64,000 nucleotides of DNA from Polyangiales bacterium. Lineage in GTDB: Bacteria; Myxococcota_A; Polyangia; Polyangiales; Polyangiaceae. Below, one piece after another: positions 1 through 8,913 of the stretch. The stretch covers positions 146,200 through 210,199 of the forward strand of contig JBBRNJ010000004.1 in assembly GCA_038230375.1 (NCBI GenBank). The letters are read 5' to 3'. Made by a program: the position numbers and the translations under genes. Within the stretch, counting starts at the first letter, position 1; every line of letters begins with the position of its first letter. The notes beneath the pieces are model-generated. The model worked only from the letters and a program-made list of their open reading frames with translations, had not been told where the DNA came from and did no database searches.

Positions 1-1
1 G

Positions 2-115
2 GCCGTGCTCAATCACAACTGCACCGGCACCACCGACGACTCGCTCAACACGTTCATTCGCGTGAAGGGCCTGAAGAACGTCTGCATCCCGTACTCGGTC
101 AACTACCATTTCTGA
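2..115 (+). CDS. 3' end of a gene entering from the left edge (hypothetical)
   Basis: Open frame AVLNHNCTGTTDDSLNTFIRVKGLKNVCIPYSVNYHF* with GC-rich third codon positions; TGA at 113-115. Confidence 0.6.
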   Translation, partial: AVLNHNCTGTTDDSLNTFIRVKGLKNVCIPYSVNYHF

Positions 116-189
116 TTCGATGCGGCGTGTCTCGCTCTTGCTTGGATCGACAGCCACGTGTCAGTAGTGGTCGTGAGCACGCGTGTGGT

Positions 190-2085
190 TCACCCCAGCT
201 GGCGTAGACCGGCGTCGCGCCCCGTCGCTCGGCGTGTTGCGATGAGCCAGGCCTCCAGGCGCTCGCGCTTCACCTGACCTCGATCAAGGATCGCCTGCTC
301 GTCCTTCGTGAGGTCGCGCACGGTGCGGCCGCTCACGCAGAGGTCCGCGAGGATGTCGGCGAAGATGATGTGCTTCACGGCCTTGCCTTCCTCCGCCACG
401 TCCGCGTGGTGAAGGGCACACGCCATGCGGATCTCCTCCGGCAGGTTCCAGGACGCGGCCAGTCCTGCGCCGGCATCTGCGTGATGCGCCTTCACCAGCG
501 AGCGTGCTTGCTCCTCGCGGATCGGGCCAGGCAGGAGCGAAAGAATGCGATAGATGCGCGCCTCTCCCACGTCATGCAGGAGGCCGGCGAGATAGCTGTA
601 TTCTACACCGAACGACAGCTCGCGCGCGACGATGCGGCACGCATGCGCGCACACCACGCTGCGATCGAACGAGCGCGTGACCTCCAGCCGGAAGCGCGTG
701 AGCCCACGGCGCGCGGACTCGTACACGACCTGGAAGAGCAGGTCGCGCGTGGCAGAGAGGCCCAGCGTGACGACGGCACCGAGCGTGGTGGTGACGCGCT
801 CTGCCCGCGCGTAGTAGGCGGAGTTCGAGGCCGCAAGGAAGCGCGCTGCGATGGGCGGGTCCTTCTCCACCATGCTCGCGATGCGTGCCAGATCCACGGT
901 GGGGTCGCTGCCGAGCGAGAGCGCACGCTCGGCCGCCTCTGGCAACACAGGCAGCCAGGACTTGCCGTTCTCGAGCTGGGCGAGCAGCTCCGCCTCGGTC
1001 GCCGAGTCGGAACCGCCGAGGCTCGCGCCGGGAGAGCGAAGCAGGAGATCGCCGGGGGCCCTGGGTGCGCCGAGCGCGCCGGGGCTCTCCACGTCGCTGT
1101 CGCGACGGAGCGGGATCACATTGGCGGGGACGAACGGCGGCGCGGTGCCCACGCGATTTCGTCCATTGCGCTTCGCGCCTTCGAGCGCGAGATCCGCGCG
1201 GCGTTCAATCGCGGTCGCGTTGGGGTCGGGGCGCTCGGGGACGAAGCTTGCCACGCCGATGCTGATGGTGATCTTCCGACCCTTGAGCTCCGGGATGGCA
1301 AGCGCACAGATGCCCGCGCGGTGTCGCTCCGCCACCATCTGCGCCACCTCCAGGCTGGCCAGCGGAAGCAGCACGGCGAACTTCTCGCCCGCCCAGCGTC
1401 CGCACAGGTCTGCGCCTCGCACCTGCGCGCGTAGATGATTGGCAACGGCCTTGAGCGCAACGTCGCCCACGGTCATGCCCAGGTCCTCGTTGATCGACTT
1501 CCAGTGATCGAGATCAAGAAACAAGAGAGAAAATGGCTCCGCCTGACCCACGTAGCGATCCAGCCCCATGGCGATCGACTGCCTGGAGTGTGTGCCCGTG
1601 AGTGGGTCCGTGAGCGAGCTCTTCAGCCGGTCGCGCTCCTTGCGCACGCGGGCAAGAGCATCGACGCCGCGCTTGTTGCGCAGCTGCACCTTCACGCGCG
1701 CGGAGACCTCACGAAGCCTTCGCGCGTCCACCACGTCGTCAGCGCCGTTGCCGAGCGAGACCGCGGTACGCCCTTCGTCCACCACTCCATCACGGGCGAT
1801 GAGCACGCATGCGCGGCTCTCGGGCGGGGCCTGCGTGAGCTCCAGGCAGACCTGCGGCGTGAGCCCGTCATCCATGTCCAGGATGATGACGTCGGGCACC
1901 GTCTCCGCGGCCACGCTGTAGACCTGATCGAACTCGGCGCTCGGGAACACGTCGTGTCCGTCGGCGGCGAGCGCGTCGCACACGGCGTCCCGTGCGCGCT
2001 TCTTACCGAGCATCACCAGGATGCGCGCGCGGCGGTTCTCCTCTGGTGGGCGCGAGGAGTAGGCGGGGGGTTCGACGGCAGCCAT
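190..2085 (-). CDS. Degenerate REC - degenerate GGDEF - HDOD domain signalling protein
   Basis: PDVIILD receiver segment; TDPLTG, LDLDHWKSINE, RGAD I-site, AGEKF in place of GG(D/E)EF; HDOD motifs LPVLPE, DPPIAARFL, YLAGLLHDVG. Confidence 0.85.
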   Translation of the reverse strand: MAAVEPPAYSSRPPEENRRARILVMLGKKRARDAVCDALAADGHDVFPSAEFDQVYSVAAETVPDVIILDMDDGLTPQVCLELTQAPPESRACVLIARDGVVDEGRTAVSLGNGADDVVDARRLREVSARVKVQLRNKRGVDALARVRKERDRLKSSLTDPLTGTHSRQSIAMGLDRYVGQAEPFSLLFLDLDHWKSINEDLGMTVGDVALKAVANHLRAQVRGADLCGRWAGEKFAVLLPLASLEVAQMVAERHRAGICALAIPELKGRKITISIGVASFVPERPDPNATAIERRADLALEGAKRNGRNRVGTAPPFVPANVIPLRRDSDVESPGALGAPRAPGDLLLRSPGASLGGSDSATEAELLAQLENGKSWLPVLPEAAERALSLGSDPTVDLARIASMVEKDPPIAARFLAASNSAYYARAERVTTTLGAVVTLGLSATRDLLFQVVYESARRGLTRFRLEVTRSFDRSVVCAHACRIVARELSFGVEYSYLAGLLHDVGEARIYRILSLLPGPIREEQARSLVKAHHADAGAGLAASWNLPEEIRMACALHHADVAEEGKAVKHIIFADILADLCVSGRTVRDLTKDEQAILDRGQVKRERLEAWLIATRRATGRDAGLRQLG

Positions 2086-2101
2086 CAGTGAGCTCGCGCC
2101 A

Positions 2102-2593
2102 TCACCCGTTGCTGACCAGCGCGAGCGGCGTCTCTTCTTCGGCGGTCGCCTGGTCCATCGCGGGCGCTGGCGTGGAGACCTGGGGCGAGGTCTGGTGCCG
2201 AAGCACGAACGGTATCGTTTGCCCGCCGAGCGCGATGATCTGCTGCCCTTCGCGCGTCTTCACGTTCACCACGAGCGGCGCCAGCATGTTGACGGTCGGG
2301 CCCATCGGTCCATTGGCGTTGAGTACCGCCATCACGGAGTGGGTCTCCGCGGAGAAGCCGGCGCCCTCGAGGCTGTCGTACGAGAAGTCGCACTCGACCG
2401 ATTCGATGGAAACCACCGGGAGCGAGAGCCACGGAGACTTCGTCGACTGGAGCCAGCCGATCGGCGATTCGGGCCTGTGGCGCACAAGAACGAAGCTGTG
2501 CTCGTCGAAGAAGCCGATCAGTCCTTCGGGGAACGTGATCTCGTCCGCATCGTCGATTTCCATCGTCCCCAAGCGTCGACTCTCGATCTTCAT
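2102..2593 (-). CDS. fliW: Flagellar assembly factor / CsrA antagonist FliW
   Basis: MKIESRRLG..ITFPEGLIGF..WLQS..TVNMLAPLVVN..GQQII matches the FliW pattern; AAAGGAG RBS upstream. Confidence 0.9.
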   Translation of the reverse strand: MKIESRRLGTMEIDDADEITFPEGLIGFFDEHSFVLVRHRPESPIGWLQSTKSPWLSLPVVSIESVECDFSYDSLEGAGFSAETHSVMAVLNANGPMGPTVNMLAPLVVNVKTREGQQIIALGGQTIPFVLRHQTSPQVSTPAPAMDQATAEEETPLALVSNG

Positions 2594-2655
2594 GACGTCC
2601 TATCTCCTTTTGCGCGACACGCTCCCGTGGGAGGCGGCGACGCAGCAGGACAAGG

Positions 2656-2671
2656 AGCACGAGTCGGGCCA
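2656..2671 (-). promoter_or_regulatory. Putative sigma-54 (-24/-12) promoter of fliW
   Basis: Minus strand TGGCCCGACTCGTGCT = GG-N10-GC in the intergenic region. Confidence 0.55.
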
Positions 2672-2720
2672 ATTTTCGGAAGGCCACAGAGATGTTCACG
2701 CGTGCAGTGGCGGAACGCCT

Positions 2721-2972
2721 CTACTTCACGATGCGCACGACAGGGCGCGGAGCCAGCTCGATTTCATCCGCGAGCTTCTTCAGACGCGCGCAGGCAAAGA
2801 GGATGTCGTGGATGGCAACGCCCACGTCCTCGGGCGGACGCTCGCCAATCCACTCGGCGTTCGCGCAGATGATGCTGAGGATGTTCTTCACCTCGTGCCG
2901 GAAGAGCACCGTAGGTGGAAGGCTGTCGCGCTTGGGTTCGGCGGAGGGCGGAATGGATCGAACGGCTCCCAT
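2721..2972 (-). CDS. Small (83 aa) stand-alone HisKA/DHp-like protein
   Basis: FRHEVKNILSIICANAEW resembles a histidine-kinase H-box; second helix AIHDILFACARLKKLADEI; no ATPase domain. Confidence 0.55.
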   Translation of the reverse strand: MGAVRSIPPSAEPKRDSLPPTVLFRHEVKNILSIICANAEWIGERPPEDVGVAIHDILFACARLKKLADEIELAPRPVVRIVK

Positions 2973-3072
2973 GATGAAAGGAGAACGGCCGTCCACCGCG
3001 GCCCTTGAGCACGTCTTTCCCTGTCTTGACGATCCCTGGATGAAACGCGAGCGGACCGGCCATCCTTTCTGC

Positions 3073-3708
3073 ATGACCACCCGCCATGGGCTCCTGGTAG
3101 CCAGCTGCATCTTCTTCATCGCATGCGGCGGAAGGATTGCCCCCGAGCGCGGAGATGGCGACACGGAAGCCACCGACACGCAAGCTCCCGAGCCCGTGAC
3201 GCCCGAGCCGGCTGCAAAGAGCGCGTCGACCGCGGTTCCCACGCCCGCCCAGTATTGCGACGCGCTGCGCGAGAACGCCTGCAATGGCTCGATGGTGTCG
3301 GACGCGTCGTGCGCCGACAGCTACGCGGCTGCGAGCGACGCCTATCGCGCGGCGCTGGTGGACTGCGTGCAGGGAGGTGAGGTGGACTGCAACGCATATC
3401 CCGGCACGTGTGAGGTCGGAAAACTTGCGGCCGCCACCCCGACGGCGGCGCAACGAGCGCTGGCAGAAGCGTTCTGTCACGCGTGCGTGGCTGACGAACC
3501 CGCTTCGGATTGCGTGGACGTGACGCTTCGAAACGTTGGGCTGGGCGAGACCATCGGCGTGGCGATCCTGGTGCTGAGTGATTCCGGCGCGGTGGACGGT
3601 CTGAGCTGCGCGCCCGATACGCGCGCAATGAACCAGCCCACGCCGTTCCTCTGTGAGGGCGAGTTCATCAACTGCCTCGCGAAGTATCGGCCCATCGTCG
3701 GCCAGTGA
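3073..3708 (+). CDS. Cys-rich hypothetical lipoprotein
   Basis: MTTRHGLLVASCIFFIAC lipobox, Pro/Thr linker, many spaced Cys. Confidence 0.7.
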   Translation: MTTRHGLLVASCIFFIACGGRIAPERGDGDTEATDTQAPEPVTPEPAAKSASTAVPTPAQYCDALRENACNGSMVSDASCADSYAAASDAYRAALVDCVQGGEVDCNAYPGTCEVGKLAAATPTAAQRALAEAFCHACVADEPASDCVDVTLRNVGLGETIGVAILVLSDSGAVDGLSCAPDTRAMNQPTPFLCEGEFINCLAKYRPIVGQ

Positions 3709-3711
3709 GCA

Positions 3712-4335
3712 TCACCAGAGCGAGAAGCGCGTCGAGAGCTGTGCGCGCGGACCTTTCAGGTGATCGATGTCCATGAACGGAAAGTGGTAGCCGCCCTCCG
3801 CGTCCACCATCAGGTTGTGATGCCAGTAGAGGTGCACGCCGCCCAGCGCGTAGGCGTAGGAAGAGGTCCCGAGCTCGCTCTGCGTGAGCCCGCCAACGGT
3901 GCCGCCAAAATAGGGTATGAGCCACCGGCGGCTGGAGTTGCGCTCGAGCGACGCGGTCGCGCCCAGCTCGAAGAGCGCCATGGTGCCATTCGAATCCGGC
4001 GACTTCAGCAGCGACACCTGCGCGATGGTCGACACCTGGCTCGGCCCGAAGTGATCGTTGTTGTGCGAGAACTGGTAGGGCGCGAACTGCACGCCGCCGC
4101 CAACGAAGAAGCCCTTGCCCGCGGTGGGATGGAAGAAGACCGCTTGCCCGCCGGGCATCAGGAAGATGTCGCGCTCGATGCAGTCCTCCTCCGGCTGGCC
4201 GTTGTGTTGAGCGTCGTGGTTCTTCGGATCGGTGGTCTTCGTTCCGTCGCTGCATCGCTCTGCGTGGGCGAGCGCCGGAAACATCGTGAGCGACGTGACT
4301 GTCAGCAGACCTGTTCCGAGGGTGAGTCTTTTCAT
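3712..4335 (-). CDS. Secreted probable outer-membrane beta-barrel protein
   Basis: Signal peptide ending AHA; alternating beta-strand pattern (IPYFGGTVGG, YALGGVHLYW, VDAEGGYHF); C-terminal aromatic residue (RFSLW). Confidence 0.65.
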   Translation of the reverse strand: MKRLTLGTGLLTVTSLTMFPALAHAERCSDGTKTTDPKNHDAQHNGQPEEDCIERDIFLMPGGQAVFFHPTAGKGFFVGGGVQFAPYQFSHNNDHFGPSQVSTIAQVSLLKSPDSNGTMALFELGATASLERNSSRRWLIPYFGGTVGGLTQSELGTSSYAYALGGVHLYWHHNLMVDAEGGYHFPFMDIDHLKGPRAQLSTRFSLW

Positions 4336-4348
4336 GCGAAGGCCCGGT

Positions 4349-4364
4349 CGCAAGCGACATGCCG
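4349..4364 (-). promoter_or_regulatory. Putative sigma-54 promoter (near-leaderless)
   Basis: CGGCATGTCGCTTGCG = GG-N10-GC, with the -12 C 15 nt before ATG 4335. Confidence 0.5.
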
Positions 4365-4537
4365 CGCCGTTCGAGCCAAATTTCCGTGGAATCTTGCGGT
4401 CTGTAAATTCTGTAAAATGAGAACGTTCGTTCGCATGCGTCGCGTCCCTCGCGCTTTTCGCTTCGCAGTCCTCATCGCGGCTGCGGCTTCGAACTGACGC
4501 ACCGGACGGCTCGAAAGCCCGTACACTCGCGGCGCCG

Positions 4538-6079
4538 ATGTCCGCACCTCCCGAGATAACGCTCCACCCGCGCAAGAAGAGCGAGCGCGAGCACGACCAC
4601 TCGCTGGTCGACGTGGACCTGGACGCGACCCAGCGCGAGATCGTCATGCTGCCGAGCGGGCGCTCCACGCTGGTGCTCGGTGAAGCGGGCCATGGCAAGA
4701 CCACCGTCGCGCTGCATCGTCTCGCATTTCTCTGCAAGGGCGCGAAGCGGGGGTACAAGGCAGTGGTGGTGGTGCCCACCGAGGCGCTCGTCGCGCTGCT
4801 CGAACCGCTCACGGTGAAGCTGGGTGTGGACGTGCCGGTGCTCACGTTCGATCGCTTCGCGGCAAAGCAGGCACGCCGTGCCTTCAAGGATCTCCCCAGG
4901 AAGGAGAGTCGCGATGCAAGCGCCGCCGTGGTGCGGCTGAAGCGCGACCCTGCGCTGCGCGTTGCGATCGCGGAGCTGGCCAAGCGCCCGCCCGGCGCCG
5001 TGGACGACGAGCGCGAGGACGAGGAGGGAGCGTTCGAGGCCGGACGGCGCAAGAAGCGAGAGGGCTCCAACGCCCATGCGCACTACGGCGATCTGCAGCA
5101 CCTCTTCGGTGATCGTGCGCTGATCGATGCAGTGGCGCGCGCATCCACGAACCCCTACTCGGCTGCAGCGAAGGCAGACGTCATCGAACACACGCGCGTC
5201 CAGTTCTCCCAGACCACGGAGGAAGAGTTCTCGCACGTGATGGACAAGGAGCGCCTCGTGTCCGTGGACCAACAGTCGCTCGACGCCGGCACGCCGCTGG
5301 GCGATGCGCGCTCGGTCGACGTCGAGGACTACCCCGTGATGTTCGAGCTCGACCGCCTGCGAGCAGAGCGCGTGGGTGAGGCCCCCGAGACGCCAAAGCC
5401 GTTCGACTGCATCGTGATGGATGAGGCGCAGGAGCTGGCGCCGCTGGAGCTGGCACTCCTTGGACGCAGCTTGAAGCCTGGTGGAACGTTGGTCGTGGCT
5501 GGCGACGCGGACCAGCAGGTCGATCCGGCCGTGACGTTCACCAGCTGGGAAGACACCATGCGCGAGCTGTCGTGCGCGGACTTCGAGCGCAAGGTGCTCT
5601 CCATTGGCTACCGCTGCCCGCCGCGCGTGGTCGCGCTCGCGAAGCACGCGCTCTCCTCCGCCTCGAAGGCGCCGAAGGACGTGATGGTGCTTGCGTTCGC
5701 CGATCTCGATGCGCAGGCAGAGAGCCTGAGCCTGGCGATGGACGCCCTTGCCGAGAAGGATCCGCGCGCGAATGGCGCCCTGATCCTGCGGACGCCGCTG
5801 GCGGCGCGCAGGCTTGCGGACAAGATCAAGAAGGAGCACCCGTGTCGCCTGGTGCTCGACGGCGCGTTCCTGCCAGGTCCCGGCTTCTCCGTGACGTGGG
5901 TCGGCAACGTGAAGGGCCTGGAGTTCGACTTCGTCGTGGTCCCCGATCTGTCGGCGCACGTGTACCCCGACACCGTGGATGCGCGGCGCGCTTTGTACGT
6001 GGCAGTGACACGCGCGAAGCACCAGGTGGTGCTCGCCTGCGTGGGCCCGCGCTCACCGATCATCCAGACCTCCCCGTAG
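4538..6079 (+). CDS. Superfamily 1 (UvrD/HelD-like) ATP-dependent helicase
   Basis: GEAGHGKT Walker A, DEAQE, GDADQQ, YRC, VKGLEFD, LYVAVTRA motifs. Confidence 0.85.
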   Translation: MSAPPEITLHPRKKSEREHDHSLVDVDLDATQREIVMLPSGRSTLVLGEAGHGKTTVALHRLAFLCKGAKRGYKAVVVVPTEALVALLEPLTVKLGVDVPVLTFDRFAAKQARRAFKDLPRKESRDASAAVVRLKRDPALRVAIAELAKRPPGAVDDEREDEEGAFEAGRRKKREGSNAHAHYGDLQHLFGDRALIDAVARASTNPYSAAAKADVIEHTRVQFSQTTEEEFSHVMDKERLVSVDQQSLDAGTPLGDARSVDVEDYPVMFELDRLRAERVGEAPETPKPFDCIVMDEAQELAPLELALLGRSLKPGGTLVVAGDADQQVDPAVTFTSWEDTMRELSCADFERKVLSIGYRCPPRVVALAKHALSSASKAPKDVMVLAFADLDAQAESLSLAMDALAEKDPRANGALILRTPLAARRLADKIKKEHPCRLVLDGAFLPGPGFSVTWVGNVKGLEFDFVVVPDLSAHVYPDTVDARRALYVAVTRAKHQVVLACVGPRSPIIQTSP

Positions 6080-6106
6080 CGTTTGAGCGTAGAGTTGGGG
6101 GCGACG

Positions 6107-6688
6107 ATGGAGAAGAAGGAACTTCCACCGGTAAGCGAGCGACGTGACGAGACGCCGCCGCCCATGGACCTGGTCTACGGAGCCGAGACGGGCGGGGGCA
6201 CGAAGCCGTCGATGGCGATCTTCCAGCTCTTTGCCGTGCCGCTCGTCGTCGCGGCGATCATGTCAGCTGCGATCTCTCCGAACGCGGGCCTGGGTGGGCT
6301 CATCGGCTCCGCGATCATCCTCGTCTACCTCTGGAAACGGAAGAAGACGCCAGACACCGTACTGCGCGTGGAGTCGGGCGCCGTGCACGTGCTGAAGCGC
6401 GGCAAGGAAAGGGCGCGCTTCTCTCTCACGGAGCTCACGAACGTGCGCCTGGACATCAAGACCATCCAGAGAGTGCAAGAGGGCGGCAGCGCCATCCCGG
6501 CAATGCGCTTCATCGACAGTACGGTGGGCCCCGACCTCGACACCGCGCGAATCGTGCTGATCACGGGAGAGGGAAAAGAGCTCCCACTGACGGAGGACTT
6601 CCTCTCGCACATGGACTCGTCGGAGTGGCTAGGAAAAATCCGCCTCTTCCTGCGCAAGCACGGCTGGGTCCCCGCGGACGAACGCTAG
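6107..6688 (+). CDS. Hypothetical membrane protein
   Basis: Two hydrophobic helices followed by a KRKK patch and a soluble beta-rich region. Confidence 0.7.
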   Translation: MEKKELPPVSERRDETPPPMDLVYGAETGGGTKPSMAIFQLFAVPLVVAAIMSAAISPNAGLGGLIGSAIILVYLWKRKKTPDTVLRVESGAVHVLKRGKERARFSLTELTNVRLDIKTIQRVQEGGSAIPAMRFIDSTVGPDLDTARIVLITGEGKELPLTEDFLSHMDSSEWLGKIRLFLRKHGWVPADER

Positions 6689-6693
6689 CTCCC

Positions 6694-6720
6694 CCCGTGC
6701 CCGTGCCCGTGCCCGTGCCC
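6694..6720. repeat. (CCCGTG)x4 simple repeat between convergent genes
   Basis: Read directly from the sequence. Confidence 0.9.
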
Positions 6721-6732
6721 GCCCCTCGCAGT

Positions 6733-8868
6733 CTACCGCAGCCACCCCCGGACCAGCTGCTCGCGAAACACGACCGGATCCGCGGTGGGCCCCAGGCAGA
6801 CGCTGCGGTCACACACGAACGCCCGCGCCGCTCCCCGCCCCTTCGTCTTCCCATCGAGGCCCGGCAACACCGCCGCAAGCGCCGCGGGCGCGCCCTCCCC
6901 TGCCACGCGGATCTGATTCCCCCACGCGGGCAGTGTCCGCCCATACGCTGTGAGCAGCGGCGCAGCATCTGCCGGCGCACCCGCGATGACGACCTGGTAC
7001 ACGGGGCCCGCATCCAGCAGCGCAACGTCCAACCACGCCGCCGCGCCGAGCTTCACCGCGCGCAGCGTGTTTCCGTACTTCTCGAACGCGTGCTCCAGCG
7101 ACACGTGCAACCCGTCCTTCGCGCCGAGCGTCTGTCGCCGAAGCAGCGCGCCGAGCAGCGCCGCGGTGCCCGATGGCTCCACGCCGTCGTCGGTCTTGAT
7201 TGTCTTCGCGAGGTCCCCACGTCCTTCGTAGAAACCGCCATCGGCGGCCTCGAGCGGCTTCGCCTCCAGGAGGAGCTGGTCCGCGCGCGTGAGCCACTTC
7301 TGGTCCGAGGTCGCGGAGAAGAGGGCCAGATAGCCCGTCGCGAGATCGCCGTAGTCCGCCGCATACGCATCATTGCCGGTGGCTGTGCGCGTGAGCGTGC
7401 CGCGCTTCTCGTGGTGCGAGGCCCAGAGCGCATCTCCCACGGCGATCGCCGTGTCTCGGTAGCTCGTGTTCGCCGTGGCCGCAAACCCCGTGCAGAATGC
7501 AACTATCGCGAGCCCGTTCCACGACGCCACGATCTTGTCGTCGCGCTGGGCCAGCCGTGCACGCGCAGAGTGGAGCCGCGGGCGCGCGCTTGCCCAGAGC
7601 GTGGTGAGCTCCGCCTCCGAGCGGCCTGTCTCGCGCGCGACCGCAGCCATGCTCTTCCACCGTGACGGCGCCACCTTCGTGGACCCCACGCCGAGCAGCG
7701 TCGCGATCGCCACGGCATCCGGACCCAGGATGTTCCCGAGCTCGGTGAAGGACCACCGCCACGCGACGCCCTCCTCACCTTTTGTGTCCGCGTCGAAGCT
7801 GGCGGCGAACCCGCTGCCTGGCACGCGCATGTCGTCCTCGAGGAACGCAAGCGTCTCCTTGCCGATGTCCGTGTACGTGGGCTCCGACAGCGCAACCGCC
7901 GCCTCGAAGTAGAGCGTTGCAAGCTGCGCCACGTCGTAGAGCATGATCTCGTAGTGAGGAACGGCCCACGCGGGATCGGTGGTGTAGCGGTGAAACCCGT
8001 AGGAGATGGGATCGCGAATCGCGCCCTTCGAGATCGCGCCGAGCGTCACACGAAGCGCGGATGCGAGCTCGGGAAGCTCCCATTTGCGCGTGGCGTGCAA
8101 GAGGAACGACAGGCGCGGCGGCATCGGAAACTTCACGTTGCCCTTGTTGCCTCCGCGCGCCAGGTCCATCTCCTCCGTGGCGCCGGTGGCGAGCGCCTTG
8201 AGCTCGTCCACCCCCATCGAGGTGCCCTTCGCGAGCAGGCCGTCACCCAGGACGTCCTTGATCGGCAGGATGGTGAGCGCGCCGCCTTCGTGATCCTTCC
8301 AGAGCGCGGACGCGCGCAACGCGGTGTCGACGAAGCGTGCATATTGCATGTATGTCGCACCGAAGAACGGATCCTTGCCCGGCGTGAGGAACAGCGTGGC
8401 GGGCCATCCGGGCGAGCCCGTGAACCGCGAGAGCGCCGCCATGTACGTGGTATCCAGGTCGGGCCGCTCCTCGCGGTCCACCTTGATCGAGATGAATCGC
8501 TCGTTCAGCACGCGCGCAGCGTCGTCCTTCGAGAACACCTCGTCGTGCATGACGTGGCAGAAGTGGCAGGCCGAGTAGCCAATGGAGAGAAAAATAGGCT
8601 TGTCCTGGGCCACGGCGGCGGCGAGCGCCTCTTCCCCCCACGGATACCAGTCGACGGGGTCGTGGGCGTGCTCCCGCAGGTACTGGGACGCCGCGTCCTT
8701 GAGGTGATTGCCCTCGCGACGGATCGCTTCCGGCTCGCGCGGGGCGGGCGTGGGGGCCGTGACCGCGGGCTGCGTGGAGGGCGAGGCCCTGCGCGCGTCG
8801 TCCTTCGTGCACGACGCGCAAACGGAGGCGAGAAGGAGCAGCGAGATGACCCTGAGCCCGCGTGGCAT
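6733..8868 (-). CDS. YyaL/SSP411-like thioredoxin-domain (DUF255) protein with lipoprotein signal
   Basis: NHLKDAASQYLREHAHDPVDWYPWG, SIGYSACHFCHVM, IKVDREERPDLD, FHRYTTD..VPHYEIMLYD, DDKIVASWNGL. Confidence 0.9.
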   Translation of the reverse strand: MPRGLRVISLLLLASVCASCTKDDARRASPSTQPAVTAPTPAPREPEAIRREGNHLKDAASQYLREHAHDPVDWYPWGEEALAAAVAQDKPIFLSIGYSACHFCHVMHDEVFSKDDAARVLNERFISIKVDREERPDLDTTYMAALSRFTGSPGWPATLFLTPGKDPFFGATYMQYARFVDTALRASALWKDHEGGALTILPIKDVLGDGLLAKGTSMGVDELKALATGATEEMDLARGGNKGNVKFPMPPRLSFLLHATRKWELPELASALRVTLGAISKGAIRDPISYGFHRYTTDPAWAVPHYEIMLYDVAQLATLYFEAAVALSEPTYTDIGKETLAFLEDDMRVPGSGFAASFDADTKGEEGVAWRWSFTELGNILGPDAVAIATLLGVGSTKVAPSRWKSMAAVARETGRSEAELTTLWASARPRLHSARARLAQRDDKIVASWNGLAIVAFCTGFAATANTSYRDTAIAVGDALWASHHEKRGTLTRTATGNDAYAADYGDLATGYLALFSATSDQKWLTRADQLLLEAKPLEAADGGFYEGRGDLAKTIKTDDGVEPSGTAALLGALLRRQTLGAKDGLHVSLEHAFEKYGNTLRAVKLGAAAWLDVALLDAGPVYQVVIAGAPADAAPLLTAYGRTLPAWGNQIRVAGEGAPAALAAVLPGLDGKTKGRGAARAFVCDRSVCLGPTADPVVFREQLVRGWLR

Positions 8869-8913
8869 TTCGCTCCCGACGGTACCAGAGTCCTTGCGCG
8901 TGCGCCGTGCGCG

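Noticed and set aside
3057..3073. Sigma-54 promoter before the lipoprotein at 3073
   Set aside because: Spacing is GG-N11-GC rather than the required N10.
8553..8569. CHFCH as a heme c site in the YyaL-like protein
   Set aside because: It is the family's thioredoxin-like CxxC followed by a conserved His, not evidence of a cytochrome.
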